Numbered from the stretch's first letter, positions 49,189 through 59,130 are shown. The stretch is DNA of 64,000 nucleotides from a bacterium (GCA_027487075.1 JAIYEG010000010.1:111270-175269), one strand, 5' to 3'. Program-made: numbers and translations. Notes: generated from the letters alone by a model not told the origin.

Positions 49189-49908
49189 CTATTCCTCGAT
49201 CGTATCGCTCTGTATTTCTTCCTTAAAGAAAAATGGCATGGTATCTATGGTGCCATCTTTAATTGCGGTGAGTACCGGCACCAAACTTCTGATCGAATCA
49301 TACTCAGCAGACTCATGCTGTATCGCTTGATCGATAGGAACCCAGATATGGTGTCCGAACGATGAATCAATAAGAAGCTCACCCGATGATGAGTCAGTAT
49401 AGGCAATGGGAAAGAGTACATCAGAAAAGAGTTCACCTTGTTTGTAGAGAATGCGGCGCTCCATAGCCACAAGTTTGAAGGTGGCATCAAGTCCGGTTTC
49501 TTGTTTGAGTTTACGGGTTGCTGCAGGTTCGATGAGTTCACCTTTGAGCACAACTCCACCCATGACACCAACTTTTCCATACGATGGGTTTGAGTGTCGG
49601 ACCTGATTGAGAATTTCTATCGCACCATTATTGATGCGCGAGACGATAGTGATGACATTCACCTTAAAGAGACTCGTGATGGCGTCGTTAGTGGGATAGG
49701 GATCAGCAACGTGCTTGATTCCCTTTTGTGACAAGGCATAACCCTCATCTGTCTTGGTGACGAAGTCTTTTTTGACGAGGTGTTGGAGGTGGTAGTTGAA
49801 GAGGTCGTTCGGGACTTTGGGAGGTTGGAGCTCGCTATAGCGAAGAGACGCTGCGTTTTTGAGCTTGGAGAGGATATGGTTTTGGATGGGAGACAGGTTG
49901 AGGGACAT
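49189..49908 (-). CDS. wHTH + NUDIX-like domain protein (probable regulator)
   Basis: LRYSEL.....LFNYHLQHLVK..FV.K....Y.LS..G, then degenerate Nudix box GG....GE....AA.RKLKQETGL. Confidence 0.8.
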   Translation of the reverse strand: MSLNLSPIQNHILSKLKNAASLRYSELQPPKVPNDLFNYHLQHLVKKDFVTKTDEGYALSQKGIKHVADPYPTNDAITSLFKVNVITIVSRINNGAIEILNQVRHSNPSYGKVGVMGGVVLKGELIEPAATRKLKQETGLDATFKLVAMERRILYKQGELFSDVLFPIAYTDSSSGELLIDSSFGHHIWVPIDQAIQHESAEYDSIRSLVPVLTAIKDGTIDTMPFFFKEEIQSDTIEE

Positions 49909-49953
49909 GAGGTGATACTACTCAGTCTGGGAGAAAATTCAACTTGTAACAAC

Positions 49954-50403
49954 CTACACCGTCATTGTCGGCACCACCTCATCACTCTGATACTGTGCAT
50001 CACCGAAAGCGAGGAGAGGATAGAAGATGACGGGCAAAAAGATAAGTCCAAGTGTGTATCCTACTCCCTTTCCAAAGACACGTGAGAGTTCAACATAGAC
50101 GAGAAGAAGTATAATAAGGTTGACGAATGGAATAAACAGGAGGAATATCCACCATATTGGCTTTTTGATGATTTGGAGGAGAACGACGGTGTTATAGATA
50201 GGAATGAGAGATGCCCAGCCTGGCTGGTGTGCCTTGGTGAAGATACGCCATAGTGATGCCACCATGAGCACGATAACAAATACTACAAAGATGAAGATAG
50301 GTGCGTAAACAGTAACGTCGGGACACGGGACCTCTTGACCGTTGACGCGACACAGTGCTGCCGCGAGGTTAGATGGTGATGAAAATAATGAAAAAATGTT
50401 CAT
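49954..50403 (-). CDS. DUF5684-like membrane protein
   Basis: W.IF.KA..PGW.SLIPIYN, FGKG.GY..GL.FLP.IFY..LAFG. Confidence 0.85.
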   Translation of the reverse strand: MNIFSLFSSPSNLAAALCRVNGQEVPCPDVTVYAPIFIFVVFVIVLMVASLWRIFTKAHQPGWASLIPIYNTVVLLQIIKKPIWWIFLLFIPFVNLIILLLVYVELSRVFGKGVGYTLGLIFLPVIFYPLLAFGDAQYQSDEVVPTMTV

Positions 50404-50452
50404 GTGATTGTTGTTTGGTTGGTATGAATAAATTATATCATTTGAAATGAAA

Positions 50453-50773
50453 TTACATCACCTCTATCTGATACACATCCGTCGCAGGTTCTTCATACGG
50501 GTGCGCTTCGCGAATTGCTTTTAACACTGTTTGAAGTTTGTCTTCCGAGCAGACGGTTTCAATACGATCTTCTTGAACTTCTTCCAATGTTCCAACCGTA
50601 CCAATGGTTGGATGAGCTCCTTCGAGGGGCTTAAACCTACCTACTCCTTTAAGGGTGAATGTGCAGTGTGAATAATTACCTATCTTTCCAGCACCAGCGT
50701 TTCCGATTGCATCACGAAGCACATCAGCATGTGTTTCGGGAACATAAATGACAATTTTGTATTGTTTCTGCAT
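50453..50773 (-). CDS. YqfO/Nif3 PII-like insertion-domain protein
   Basis: K..YVP, AGAG.IGNYS.C.F...G.G.F.P, AHPYEEPA. Start set at MQKQYK. Confidence 0.88.
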   Translation of the reverse strand: MQKQYKIVIYVPETHADVLRDAIGNAGAGKIGNYSHCTFTLKGVGRFKPLEGAHPTIGTVGTLEEVQEDRIETVCSEDKLQTVLKAIREAHPYEEPATDVYQIEVM

Positions 50774-50836
50774 GAGGTAATTATACACATAAGCGCCAAT
50801 TGACATATCGACACTATATGGTTGTATAAGCTGTGA

Positions 50837-51076
50837 ATGAACAAGCCACTCAACGAACTTTCCCGGAGCACGTCGTTTGTCCCTGTACAAAGAAGTGATA
50901 TGCGGAGCTTCCATGGAGCCGAGCACTGTGGCCCCTACCTTCTTCTCATCCAAACAGTTTCTGTTCCCGACAATGGGGATTGGAACTGCGTGTGCCAAAC
51001 GACGGGAACTCTTTGCTTTTTACCACCACTTCATCGCGTCACTCCTGTAAAGGTGAAGGTAACCCTTGTGATGTGA
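50837..51076 (+). CDS. Hypothetical 79-aa protein
   Basis: Fills an otherwise empty gap; TTGACA upstream; followed by terminator AATCCGCAC..GTGCGGATTTTT (51088-51118). Confidence 0.45.
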   Translation: MNKPLNELSRSTSFVPVQRSDMRSFHGAEHCGPYLLLIQTVSVPDNGDWNCVCQTTGTLCFLPPLHRVTPVKVKVTLVM

Positions 51077-51126
51077 CGCATGGGTTCAATCCGCACACCT
51101 CTCAGTGTGCGGATTTTTATGTATGC

Positions 51127-52785
51127 TTAATTTAAATCAATACCGTACCTTTTTACTCTCTGCCTGTTTAAATCAGATTCTTGACCAATTTTAATAAGAG
51201 CATTTTCAAAAGTTGTAGTAATTTTTTTCATTTCATCACTTGCGTTAGCATATTTTCCAAATTGAAGCGCCTGACTAATAATTGTTCGTAACTCTCTTCC
51301 TTCGGAGTTTTTAATTATGCTATAGTAATTTTCAACCGTCACTTCAGAAAGCCTCTTTAAATCATCCTCGTTCCATCCTCCATTTTTAGCAATATCTATT
51401 AATAAACTTTTTGGATCCCTATTATCTTTAAAACTCAAGAACTTATTATTGAATGCCTTAATAAGATTCGGATCACTTAACTCACTCAATAATAAACTTT
51501 GTGTATTATAAAAATTTTTTGATTCCTTTCTTTCATTAATGTAAAAATCAATCATTTCTTCTGCTTCCTCATCTTTATCGAATTTTCTAAAAAGACGAAC
51601 TGTTGCATCTAAATCATTAGGAGTAACTGCCTGCACACCCTTTTTTAGAGACTCTTTAATGTTAGTTAAAATTTCTTCTTTTTCACCTAGAAATGATTCA
51701 TCAAACTTATTCCATGCCTCACCAAAAGTATTACCATAATTTTCAATACTAATACTCTTATCGAATTCATCAGCTTTATCCTTAATTGCCTTGGTATCAA
51801 AATAGCCACACTTAATTGCCTCCAAGATAAGATTATCAACTTCATCAAAATGAGTAAAATTAATTGAACTTAACTGCAACCTCCATCTTTTTTCCACTTC
51901 ATTTTCTTTTGTCTTGCTATCTCTTAAAAAATTATAATGGTTAAAATTCTTAATATAATTGAGGTCAGGTGCAACATTCGGTTGATAAAAAGACCAACCC
52001 AACAAAACGACAGAAGGAAGCCAACCTACGAAAACCTTTTGACTATTATCTTTTAATATAATTTCTAGTTTATCTAAAATTCTTTCAATCTTTTTAATAA
52101 TCCTAATATTTTTGATGTTTAATGATATACAAATACTTTTAAAATCTTTACTAAAAGATTTAGTATCATTGACTGCGATTTGTATAGCTTCAATAGTTGT
52201 TGGTTCAAATTTAATATCAATATCAAAAACTTTTTCTAGTTGCAGATCAAAATCTTTTCTATTATGCTCAGTAAGCATTTCATAATTTAATAACACCACA
52301 ACCTTGCATTTTCTCTGTTCCTTAAGAAACAAGGCCAACCCAAATATATCATTCATGGTTAGATCAGCTCCACAACGTTCTAAATCGTCAATACAAATAA
52401 TTTGATTTGAGACCAAACTAAAAGTAGGAAATATTGATTTATAATCTTTAATTTTTGGTATTTCACCTACAAATTTGTAGACTTTTCTCCAGCTATTCCA
52501 TTTTCCAAAAGAAAAATATGAAAGAATGTAATCAATGTAATTAATTTTAAGTTTTTTAGAATTTTCAAAAATTGAAAATTTTACTTCTTCTAGAGAATTA
52601 ACTCCAAATAAGCTAACGTACGAATACTTTCTCAAAGCAACATTATTTTTTTGAGTAGCTAAATTTAAATAGTGATTCCAAGTATAAGTTTTTCCAACTC
52701 CCCACTCACCAGTAACACACATGATTTCTGGTTCAGAGGTTGAGATAAATCTTTCAATTTCTTCTGCTGCTAGTTTAACTGACAT
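51127..52785 (-). CDS. KAP-family P-loop NTPase (AT-rich, probably acquired)
   Basis: Walker A GEWGVGKT, YVSLFG, Walker B ICIDDLER, EKVFD, NIR. Confidence 0.85.
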   Translation of the reverse strand: MSVKLAAEEIERFISTSEPEIMCVTGEWGVGKTYTWNHYLNLATQKNNVALRKYSYVSLFGVNSLEEVKFSIFENSKKLKINYIDYILSYFSFGKWNSWRKVYKFVGEIPKIKDYKSIFPTFSLVSNQIICIDDLERCGADLTMNDIFGLALFLKEQRKCKVVVLLNYEMLTEHNRKDFDLQLEKVFDIDIKFEPTTIEAIQIAVNDTKSFSKDFKSICISLNIKNIRIIKKIERILDKLEIILKDNSQKVFVGWLPSVVLLGWSFYQPNVAPDLNYIKNFNHYNFLRDSKTKENEVEKRWRLQLSSINFTHFDEVDNLILEAIKCGYFDTKAIKDKADEFDKSISIENYGNTFGEAWNKFDESFLGEKEEILTNIKESLKKGVQAVTPNDLDATVRLFRKFDKDEEAEEMIDFYINERKESKNFYNTQSLLLSELSDPNLIKAFNNKFLSFKDNRDPKSLLIDIAKNGGWNEDDLKRLSEVTVENYYSIIKNSEGRELRTIISQALQFGKYANASDEMKKITTTFENALIKIGQESDLNRQRVKRYGIDLN

Positions 52786-52813
52786 AGTTTTAAATTAACT
52801 TGAATTCAAGGCT

Positions 52814-52950
52814 CGGTCACGGATAATTTTTTGCTAAAAATTTCCGCGACCCCGCCTCGCGCCGTCGCGCTCCGGCTTTCGAGTCCGCGTTACGCTTTCC
52901 ACAAAAGCTACGCCGTCTCTCAGTCTCGCTCACCCTTCGGGTATCGCTTG
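52814..52950. repeat. Structured element, copy E, attached to the tRNA-Gln 3' end
   Basis: Minus strand GGACTCGAA (inverted T-arm) ...GCGC-GACG-GCGC-GAG...AATTTTTAGCAAAAAATT-ATCCGTG. Confidence 0.75.
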
Positions 52951-53021
52951 CTGCGAGACTAGGACTCGAACCTAGATAAACGGTGCCAGAAACCGTTGTC
53001 CTACCATTAGACGATCTCGCA
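52951..53021 (-). tRNA. tRNA-Gln(CUG)
   Basis: TGCGAGA/TCTCGCA acceptor, ACGGT-TTCTGGC-ACCGT anticodon arm, GGTTCGAGTCC. Confidence 0.95.
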
Positions 53022-53037
53022 ATGTTCTCCATTTGTA

Positions 53038-54138
53038 TCACAAAAACGTGATAACGACAATTTCGGCTTTGGTGCCGATACGAAACGGCGGACCCCAGGT
53101 TCCTGCCCCGCTTGTGGTGATCTGGGTCATGGTGCCGTAGGCTTTCATGCCGTAGTCGTAGCCTTGGTAAATCTTTTTGGTGATGTAGCTCAAGGGATAG
53201 AGCTGGGCGTGGTGGGTGTGACCTGAGACGGCGAGGTCGATACCGGCGGCTTCAGGGACTTCGAGGTGGAGGGGGACGTGTTTGATGAGGATGGTGGGAG
53301 TGGTGCTTGCGGTGGTGAGTGAGGTGAGAACGGAGGTGTAGTCTATGGCATCTTCGGTGGATTGGTAGTCGACACCGATGATGTCGACACCTTGTACCGT
53401 GCGCTTTTCATTGTTGAGGACGGTGACACCTGCATTGCGCAATCCTTCGAAAAAACCGATGGGCGAGCCGTGGAGTTCTTCGTGGTTACCTGAGGCGAAG
53501 TAGACACCCCACGGTGCGGTGATGGTGGCGAGGGGTGCGACACTTGCCTTCTCATCGATCTTCACACCGTCGTACACGTCTCCGGCAAGGAGGACGATGT
53601 CGGCACGTTCGGTGTTGGTGAGGTCGGCGATCTTCTGTGAGAAAGCGGTGCTTCTGATGTTGCCAAGATGCATGTCGGCGACGAGCACGGCTTTCTTTCC
53701 CTTCCACGCTTCAGGTGTGTTTGGGAGGCGCACGTCGTACCTCGTGACCTGCACATCGAATGCGCGGTATGCGCTGTATATGGTGAGGACTCCGGCAATC
53801 ACGACGAATGCGAGACCGATGCGAGAGAGGTATGGTGCAAGTGGTGGGATGAGCGCGATGAGTGCATACAAGATCGAAGCGACAAAGAGAAAATACAAAA
53901 GTCCCATCCAATAGGCAGAAATATTGTACAGCACTTTGATCACGATGTTGCTGTATTGCACAGAAACGATGGTTAACACCAAGAAACTGAGCGCAAGGAC
54001 GACAAACACCGTGCGAAACACGGTGAGGTGCGGCATGAGTGCGGTGGCAAACACCGCAAGAAGAAACTTATACACCGCAAGATGTACGAGTGAGATGATA
54101 CCGAGTACGATGCTGAAGAAAAACGCGAAGGCAATCAT
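53038..54138 (-). CDS. Membrane-anchored metallophosphoesterase (YkuE/YaeI-like)
   Basis: DMH, GD.YD, GNHE, GHTH, G.GTWGPP.R. Confidence 0.92.
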   Translation of the reverse strand: MIAFAFFFSIVLGIISLVHLAVYKFLLAVFATALMPHLTVFRTVFVVLALSFLVLTIVSVQYSNIVIKVLYNISAYWMGLLYFLFVASILYALIALIPPLAPYLSRIGLAFVVIAGVLTIYSAYRAFDVQVTRYDVRLPNTPEAWKGKKAVLVADMHLGNIRSTAFSQKIADLTNTERADIVLLAGDVYDGVKIDEKASVAPLATITAPWGVYFASGNHEELHGSPIGFFEGLRNAGVTVLNNEKRTVQGVDIIGVDYQSTEDAIDYTSVLTSLTTASTTPTILIKHVPLHLEVPEAAGIDLAVSGHTHHAQLYPLSYITKKIYQGYDYGMKAYGTMTQITTSGAGTWGPPFRIGTKAEIVVITFL

Positions 54139-54141
54139 GCC

Positions 54142-55068
54142 CTACACCTTAATATATTTCTTGACGGCAATCCAGCTTGAGATGATACCGAGGATGATAC
54201 CTGCTGCAATAATGATGGCAGTAATTTGCATGAAGTTGTCGAGATAGTAGGTGAAGATATTCAAACCAGTACCAAGGTCATACGTATACGGACCGAGCCA
54301 ATACGTGATGGGATAAAAGATAGCGAGGGTAATGAGCGACGAAATGAAGCCGTAGATGATACCGATGATAATGAAGGGGCCTTTGATATAGCGGGCTGAT
54401 GCACCTACGAGGCGCATGACGGCAATCTCATCCTTTGAGGTATAAATAGCGAGACGCACGGTATTGAAGGTGATGAGGATAGAGATGAGTGCGAAGAAGA
54501 TAGTGATGATGAGGCCGAGCTTTTCCGAAGAATCGATCATGCGACTCAAGGTGTCGATAGCTTCTTTGTTTTCGATGTAGCTGATCTTGTCGACGATATT
54601 GCGCGTCTTATCTCCTGAGACATTTTGAGTGGTCACAAAATCTGCAATTGCTTGGTATTGTGACGGATCGACAGCGCGGATGTTAAGACTTGGCTCCAGA
54701 GGATTCCCTCCTACTTCATCGAGCGCTTCGGTGATGAGCGGGTTGTCAGCATGGCGTGCGCGGAAGTTTTCGAGGGCCTCTGCTGCGGTGGTGTAGGTCA
54801 CTGAGGCTACTTCAGGACGCGCTTCGAGTGCTTGCTTGAGTGCTTGCGCTTGATCGTCGGTCGTGGTGGTTTCGAGATAGACATTGATGTCGACTTTCTC
54901 ACGAATTCCCTGCAAGGTTGATTGAAGGAGTGCACCAACAAACAAAATAGAGAGCACCACCGACAACGTCACTGTCATGATGAGTGTTGATGCAACAGAC
55001 ACTGATCCATTGCGAACAAATCCTTTTGCTCCAGCTTTTATGACACGTTTAATTTTGGTCCAGATCAT
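54142..55068 (-). CDS. ftsX: Cell division permease FtsX
   Basis: NTVRLAI...DEIAVMRLVGAS..YI.GPF; follows ftsE. Confidence 0.92.
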   Translation of the reverse strand: MIWTKIKRVIKAGAKGFVRNGSVSVASTLIMTVTLSVVLSILFVGALLQSTLQGIREKVDINVYLETTTTDDQAQALKQALEARPEVASVTYTTAAEALENFRARHADNPLITEALDEVGGNPLEPSLNIRAVDPSQYQAIADFVTTQNVSGDKTRNIVDKISYIENKEAIDTLSRMIDSSEKLGLIITIFFALISILITFNTVRLAIYTSKDEIAVMRLVGASARYIKGPFIIIGIIYGFISSLITLAIFYPITYWLGPYTYDLGTGLNIFTYYLDNFMQITAIIIAAGIILGIISSWIAVKKYIKV

Positions 55069-55078
55069 ATATGTTTAG

Positions 55079-55759
55079 TTATAGCATGTATTTGCCTGAT
55101 GTATCATCACGCACAATCTTACCATTTTCCATGGTCACCACACGACGACCGAGCGAATCGATGACACCTTTGTTGTGGGTAGTGAGGATGACGGTGGTGC
55201 CGAGGTCGTTAATTTTTTTGAGGATTTGAATGATTTCGTAGGTGTTCACAGGATCGAGGTTTCCGGTCGGCTCGTCAGCGATGATGATGTCAGGCTGATT
55301 GACAATGGCACGTGCAATAGCCACGCGCTGCTTCTCTCCCCCTGAAAGCTGATGAGGAAAATTCCAAATCTTATTGCCGAGATCCACGAGCTCGAGCACA
55401 TGCGGCACATCCACCGCAATCTCCTCTTCGCTACGACCTGCTGCCTCCATAGCAAATGCAATATTCTCATACACGTTCTTATGAGCAAGGAGGCGGAAGT
55501 CTTGGAAAACGGTTCCGATACGACGGCGATAGTTGTTGAGGTCGGTTTTCTTGAGGGCGTGGATATCGGTCTCCTCGAAGTACACTGCACCGTAGGTCGG
55601 CTTCTCTTCTCCGAGGATCATCTTGATGAGTGTGGTCTTACCTGCTCCCGACTGACCTACGATAGACACGAACTCCTTCGGGTCGACACGAAAGGTGATG
55701 TTATCGAGCGCAGCAGTGTGATCGCCGTAGATTTTTGAAACGTTGTCGAAGTAAATCAT
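55079..55759 (-). CDS. ftsE: Cell division ATP-binding protein FtsE
   Basis: GQSGAGKT, VFQDFRLL, LSGGEKQR, ADEPTGNLD. Start set at MIYFDN. Confidence 0.95.
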   Translation of the reverse strand: MIYFDNVSKIYGDHTAALDNITFRVDPKEFVSIVGQSGAGKTTLIKMILGEEKPTYGAVYFEETDIHALKKTDLNNYRRRIGTVFQDFRLLAHKNVYENIAFAMEAAGRSEEEIAVDVPHVLELVDLGNKIWNFPHQLSGGEKQRVAIARAIVNQPDIIIADEPTGNLDPVNTYEIIQILKKINDLGTTVILTTHNKGVIDSLGRRVVTMENGKIVRDDTSGKYML

Positions 55760-55815
55760 GCGAGATTCATTATACCAGCTGACTTGAGAGGCGCAATCAT
55801 GGAAGAGGCATAAGA

Positions 55816-55846
55816 AAAGCGCCCGACCACGATGGTCGGGCGCTTT
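55816..55846 (-). terminator. Intrinsic terminator
   Basis: AAAGCGCCCGACCA-CGA-TGGTCGGGCGCTTT. Confidence 0.75.
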
Positions 55847-55859
55847 CGAGCCAAGGCAC

Positions 55860-56687
55860 TCAGGCCGCGGCGAGCTTTTTGGAGCAGCACGGATATTCAA
55901 GCCGCTGCCGTACTTTCCACAGCACCACGCCGAGCAGTCCGCCGAACAGGCTTGCGCCGATCATCCACGCGGCGTCCTCAGCTTTGGTGGCCATTGACGG
56001 ACGCAGAAGGTAATCGGCCGAGAAGGCGATCAATGCTCCGACGCCAGCCGCCACGCTTTGCGTGGTAGCAACGTAGAAAAAGAGCGTGATGAGCGCGTCG
56101 AGAATAATGACAATCCACAACAGTACACACACATTCAGAGCGATAATGATGAGTGTCCAATCTCGTGCCATGACCAATGCTTCACGTACACCATGAGCGG
56201 TTACTAGCTTCCCTTCCCTATCACGAAGAGTGATTTTTCTTTCTGGCTTATCACCCGGACCTGAGTCATCAGGAAGCATCCTACCGATCATTTTACACAG
56301 CGGAAACTTGAACGATCCTTTGTCTAAGCACATGCACACTGCGAGCATTGCAGCAATGAAGCCTAGCACCAAAGTGATCGGCGTCGCAAAGTGTGCTGTC
56401 CAAGGCGAGACGAAGTACGTGACGCCGATATGCATCGGCATGATTCCAATGGTGAGCACCATCAGAGAGAAGACTGCCCATATCACCCCTTTGATGGTGT
56501 TTCCGAACACCTCCCAGAATGCTTCGACAGTCTTCTTCGGGTCGCAGAGTGCGATCGCGAATACCACGCCGAGCAAGCCGACGTACCAGGTATCGAAACG
56601 GCGCGTGAGCGCCAAGGACATGAATGTGCCGATTGCGGCGCAGGCAAAAAGCCTGAAGAGTTTTGAAGGAACCGAATTTGGATTCAT
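55860..56687 (-). CDS. Hypothetical multi-pass membrane protein
   Basis: Several hydrophobic helices; own terminator. Start uncertain. Confidence 0.6.
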   Translation of the reverse strand: MNPNSVPSKLFRLFACAAIGTFMSLALTRRFDTWYVGLLGVVFAIALCDPKKTVEAFWEVFGNTIKGVIWAVFSLMVLTIGIMPMHIGVTYFVSPWTAHFATPITLVLGFIAAMLAVCMCLDKGSFKFPLCKMIGRMLPDDSGPGDKPERKITLRDREGKLVTAHGVREALVMARDWTLIIIALNVCVLLWIVIILDALITLFFYVATTQSVAAGVGALIAFSADYLLRPSMATKAEDAAWMIGASLFGGLLGVVLWKVRQRLEYPCCSKKLAAA

Positions 56688-56777
56688 AAACAAGCATGAC
56701 GTAGATCGGGCACCATGCACGACGATACGTTCTGCTAGCAGATTACAACGTTTACATCGTAAGTCAAAGCGGTTTAG

Positions 56778-57164
56778 TTATGATGCGAGAATACCCACGA
56801 GAAGCTTATCGAGTACCACCTGCGTCTGTGGATTGGCGTGTCCTTCTTCGTTATTGAAAAGCGCACTTCCATCTTTGCCACATGCTTTCACGATTGCCTG
56901 ACCACCTGGGTGAATCGGGATGAATGGGGTGAGATTGTAGACCTTGCCGTTAATTGCTGACCAACAATCTGATGCCGTGTTGTGAGGAGCGATGTCTGCA
57001 AGCGTAAGCTTCGTTGAAAGAGCAGTCTCAGTTGCACGTACGGACATATCAGGAATCGCGGCGATCTTTGCCTGAATATTCTTGAGCATGTAATAGTAGA
57101 CACCTCCTCCGATGAGGGTGAGCACAAGAATAACGAGGGCAATAATTTTGATGGTTTTGTTCAT
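56778..57164 (-). CDS. Cytochrome b5-like heme-binding protein, membrane anchored
   Basis: HN...DCW..INGKVYNLT.F...HPGG...GKDG...F...H. Confidence 0.9.
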   Translation of the reverse strand: MNKTIKIIALVILVLTLIGGGVYYYMLKNIQAKIAAIPDMSVRATETALSTKLTLADIAPHNTASDCWSAINGKVYNLTPFIPIHPGGQAIVKACGKDGSALFNNEEGHANPQTQVVLDKLLVGILAS

Positions 57165-57183
57165 GAATTGAGTATATCAAAAT

Positions 57184-57369
57184 AAAAGGGACAGGCACCT
57201 TTTTATAGAAGTAATTGAGCTGTAGAATGTTCTCGCCTGGAGAAAACATTGCGCAAGCACGACGGTGCGAGCATAAGAATTTTCTAGTAAGAAAATATCT
57301 GTGTTTTCGAAGGGCGTAGAAGATTGTACAACCAAGTTGCTTGGTGAAAAAAGGTGCCTGTCCCCTTTT
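57184..57369. repeat. Structured palindromic element, copy F, with GGGACAGGCACC TIRs
   Basis: AAAAGGGACAGGCACCTTTTT...AAAAAGGTGCCTGTCCCCTTTT; core GCAC-GACG-GTGC-GAGCATAAG-AATTTTCTAGTAAGAAAAT-ATCTGTG. Confidence 0.88.
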
Positions 57370-58225
57370 ATTTGATAAACAAATCGAGATCTCCAGCGAG
57401 CACACTTTCGACATCACTCGTCTCTACTTCAGTACGATGATCCTTCACCATCTTGTAGGGATGAAGCACATACGAACGGATCTGGTTGCCCCATTCATTG
57501 TCACTCGTCTTTGAGACATACATTCCCTTTTCTTTTGCCAAACGCTCTTCTTCTTTGCGTACATAGAGCTTTGCCTTGAGGAGCGCGATCGCTTTTTCTT
57601 TGTTTTGTGCCTGACTGCGCTCACTCGTCACATGCACTGATATTTTTGTCGGGATATGAAGCATGCGCACCGCGGTCTCGCGCTTGTTCACGTTTTGTCC
57701 TCCAGGACCTCCGGCGCGTGCGATCGTCACTTCGATTTCATCATCTTTGAGTTCAATATCTGCCGAGGTATGTTCGAACTTCGGAATCACTTCCACCATA
57801 GCAAACGATGTCTGTCGCAAACCCTTCGCACCAAATGGCGAAATGCGCACCAAGCGATGGACACCTGATTCATTCTTCAAATCACCGTATACATTTTTTC
57901 CTGATACTTCAAAGGTCACATTACGGATACCATTGTGATCATTTTGATGTTCATGAATAAGCACACTTTTCCAACCCCGCTTTTCGATGTATCGCTGATA
58001 CATATCAAAGAGCATACGTGCCCAATCTTCGGCATCATCTCCTCCTGCACCAGCAAAGATAGTGACCACGGCATCACCGCGATCGTACTTTTTTTCGGGA
58101 TCACCATCGCGCTTGAGTGCATTGAGTTCTTGTACGAGCTCCTGCGCTTTATCTTTGTTTGCCCAGAATCCTGGATCAAGCATGGCGTCTTCGATTTCTT
58201 TGATGCGTTGTTCGTATGCTGACAT
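57368..58225 (-). CDS. prfB: Peptide chain release factor 2 (shortened N-terminal domain, no frameshift)
   Basis: [31 protein letters not shown]. Start moved to MSAYEQ because the ORF-track start lies inside the tRNA. Confidence 0.92.
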   Translation of the reverse strand: MSAYEQRIKEIEDAMLDPGFWANKDKAQELVQELNALKRDGDPEKKYDRGDAVVTIFAGAGGDDAEDWARMLFDMYQRYIEKRGWKSVLIHEHQNDHNGIRNVTFEVSGKNVYGDLKNESGVHRLVRISPFGAKGLRQTSFAMVEVIPKFEHTSADIELKDDEIEVTIARAGGPGGQNVNKRETAVRMLHIPTKISVHVTSERSQAQNKEKAIALLKAKLYVRKEEERLAKEKGMYVSKTSDNEWGNQIRSYVLHPYKMVKDHRTEVETSDVESVLAGDLDLFIK

Positions 58226-58233
58226 GTATATTG

Positions 58234-58309
58234 TGGAGCCAAAGGGCGGGATCGAACCGCCGACCCTTCGCTTACGATGCGAATGCTCTACCAACTGAGC
58301 TACTTTGGC
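58234..58309 (-). tRNA. tRNA-Thr(CGU), CCA encoded
   Basis: GCCAAAG/CTTTGGC acceptor, TTCGC-ATCGTAA-GCGAA, GGTTCGATCCC, TCCA end. Confidence 0.95.
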
Positions 58310-58341
58310 ACAAGCCCGAAGGCTTGATATCTACGTATTGA

Positions 58342-59091
58342 CTACTGCTTTTTACTAAATCCTTCGAATGCTTTCAAGACTTCAAGAGGTGTAGCAAACA
58401 CTACCGTGTTTGATGCGTCTGAAGAAATGTCGTTTATCGACTGGAGCGTGCGAAGATGAAGCGCTCCCGGCACCGCAGATAGAATAGCAGCTGCTTCAGC
58501 AATCTTTTGTGATGCCGCAAGCTCTCCTTCTGAGTTGATAATGACGGCGCGCTTCTCACGTTCTGCTTCTGCCTGCTTTGCGATCGTGCGCTCCATATCT
58601 GGAGGAAGACTTACGTCTTTGAGCTCTACGTTTGCTACCTTGAGTCCCCACGCATCAGTTTCGTGATCAACAATTTCGCGAATACGATCAGCAATCTTGT
58701 CACGATTTGCAAGAAGCTCATCGAGGGTCACTTCTCCGACAATGTTACGCATGGTGGTCTGCGCATACTGCGATACTGCGTAGCGAAAATCTTCTACTTC
58801 GATGATCGCTTTATCTGCAGCTGAGACCTTGTAATAGATCACGGCATTTACACGCACGGACACGTTGTCACGCGTGATGGCATTCTGATCTGGCACATCC
58901 ACCGCCTTGGTGCGCATATCCACCTTCTGATACGACTGAATGATCGGAAGCACCAAGCGCCATCCTGGCTCCATGATGCTTGAGAATTTTCCGAAACTAA
59001 ACTTCACTCCACGCTCATACTGATTAATCTGACGAATACTGGTAAGAATAATAAAACCACCTGCAATAAGTAGCAAAATTAATAATGGCAT
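58342..59091 (-). CDS. Slipin/stomatin (SPFH) family protein
   Basis: YERGV.F.FGK, TRDNVSV.VNAV.YY, AQTT.R, QAEAERE.RA. Confidence 0.93.
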   Translation of the reverse strand: MPLLILLLIAGGFIILTSIRQINQYERGVKFSFGKFSSIMEPGWRLVLPIIQSYQKVDMRTKAVDVPDQNAITRDNVSVRVNAVIYYKVSAADKAIIEVEDFRYAVSQYAQTTMRNIVGEVTLDELLANRDKIADRIREIVDHETDAWGLKVANVELKDVSLPPDMERTIAKQAEAEREKRAVIINSEGELAASQKIAEAAAILSAVPGALHLRTLQSINDISSDASNTVVFATPLEVLKAFEGFSKKQ

Positions 59092-59130
59092 ACCGCGATA
59101 GTATCAAAATCTCCTCTATTTAGCCAGATA

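Noticed and set aside
52817-53041. 74-aa ORF
   Set aside because: Runs through tRNA-Gln and the structured element.
11495-57369. CRISPR array or hammerhead ribozyme explanation for the repeats
   Set aside because: Copies are dispersed rather than regularly spaced, there are no cas genes, and the CUGANGA/GAAA core is absent.
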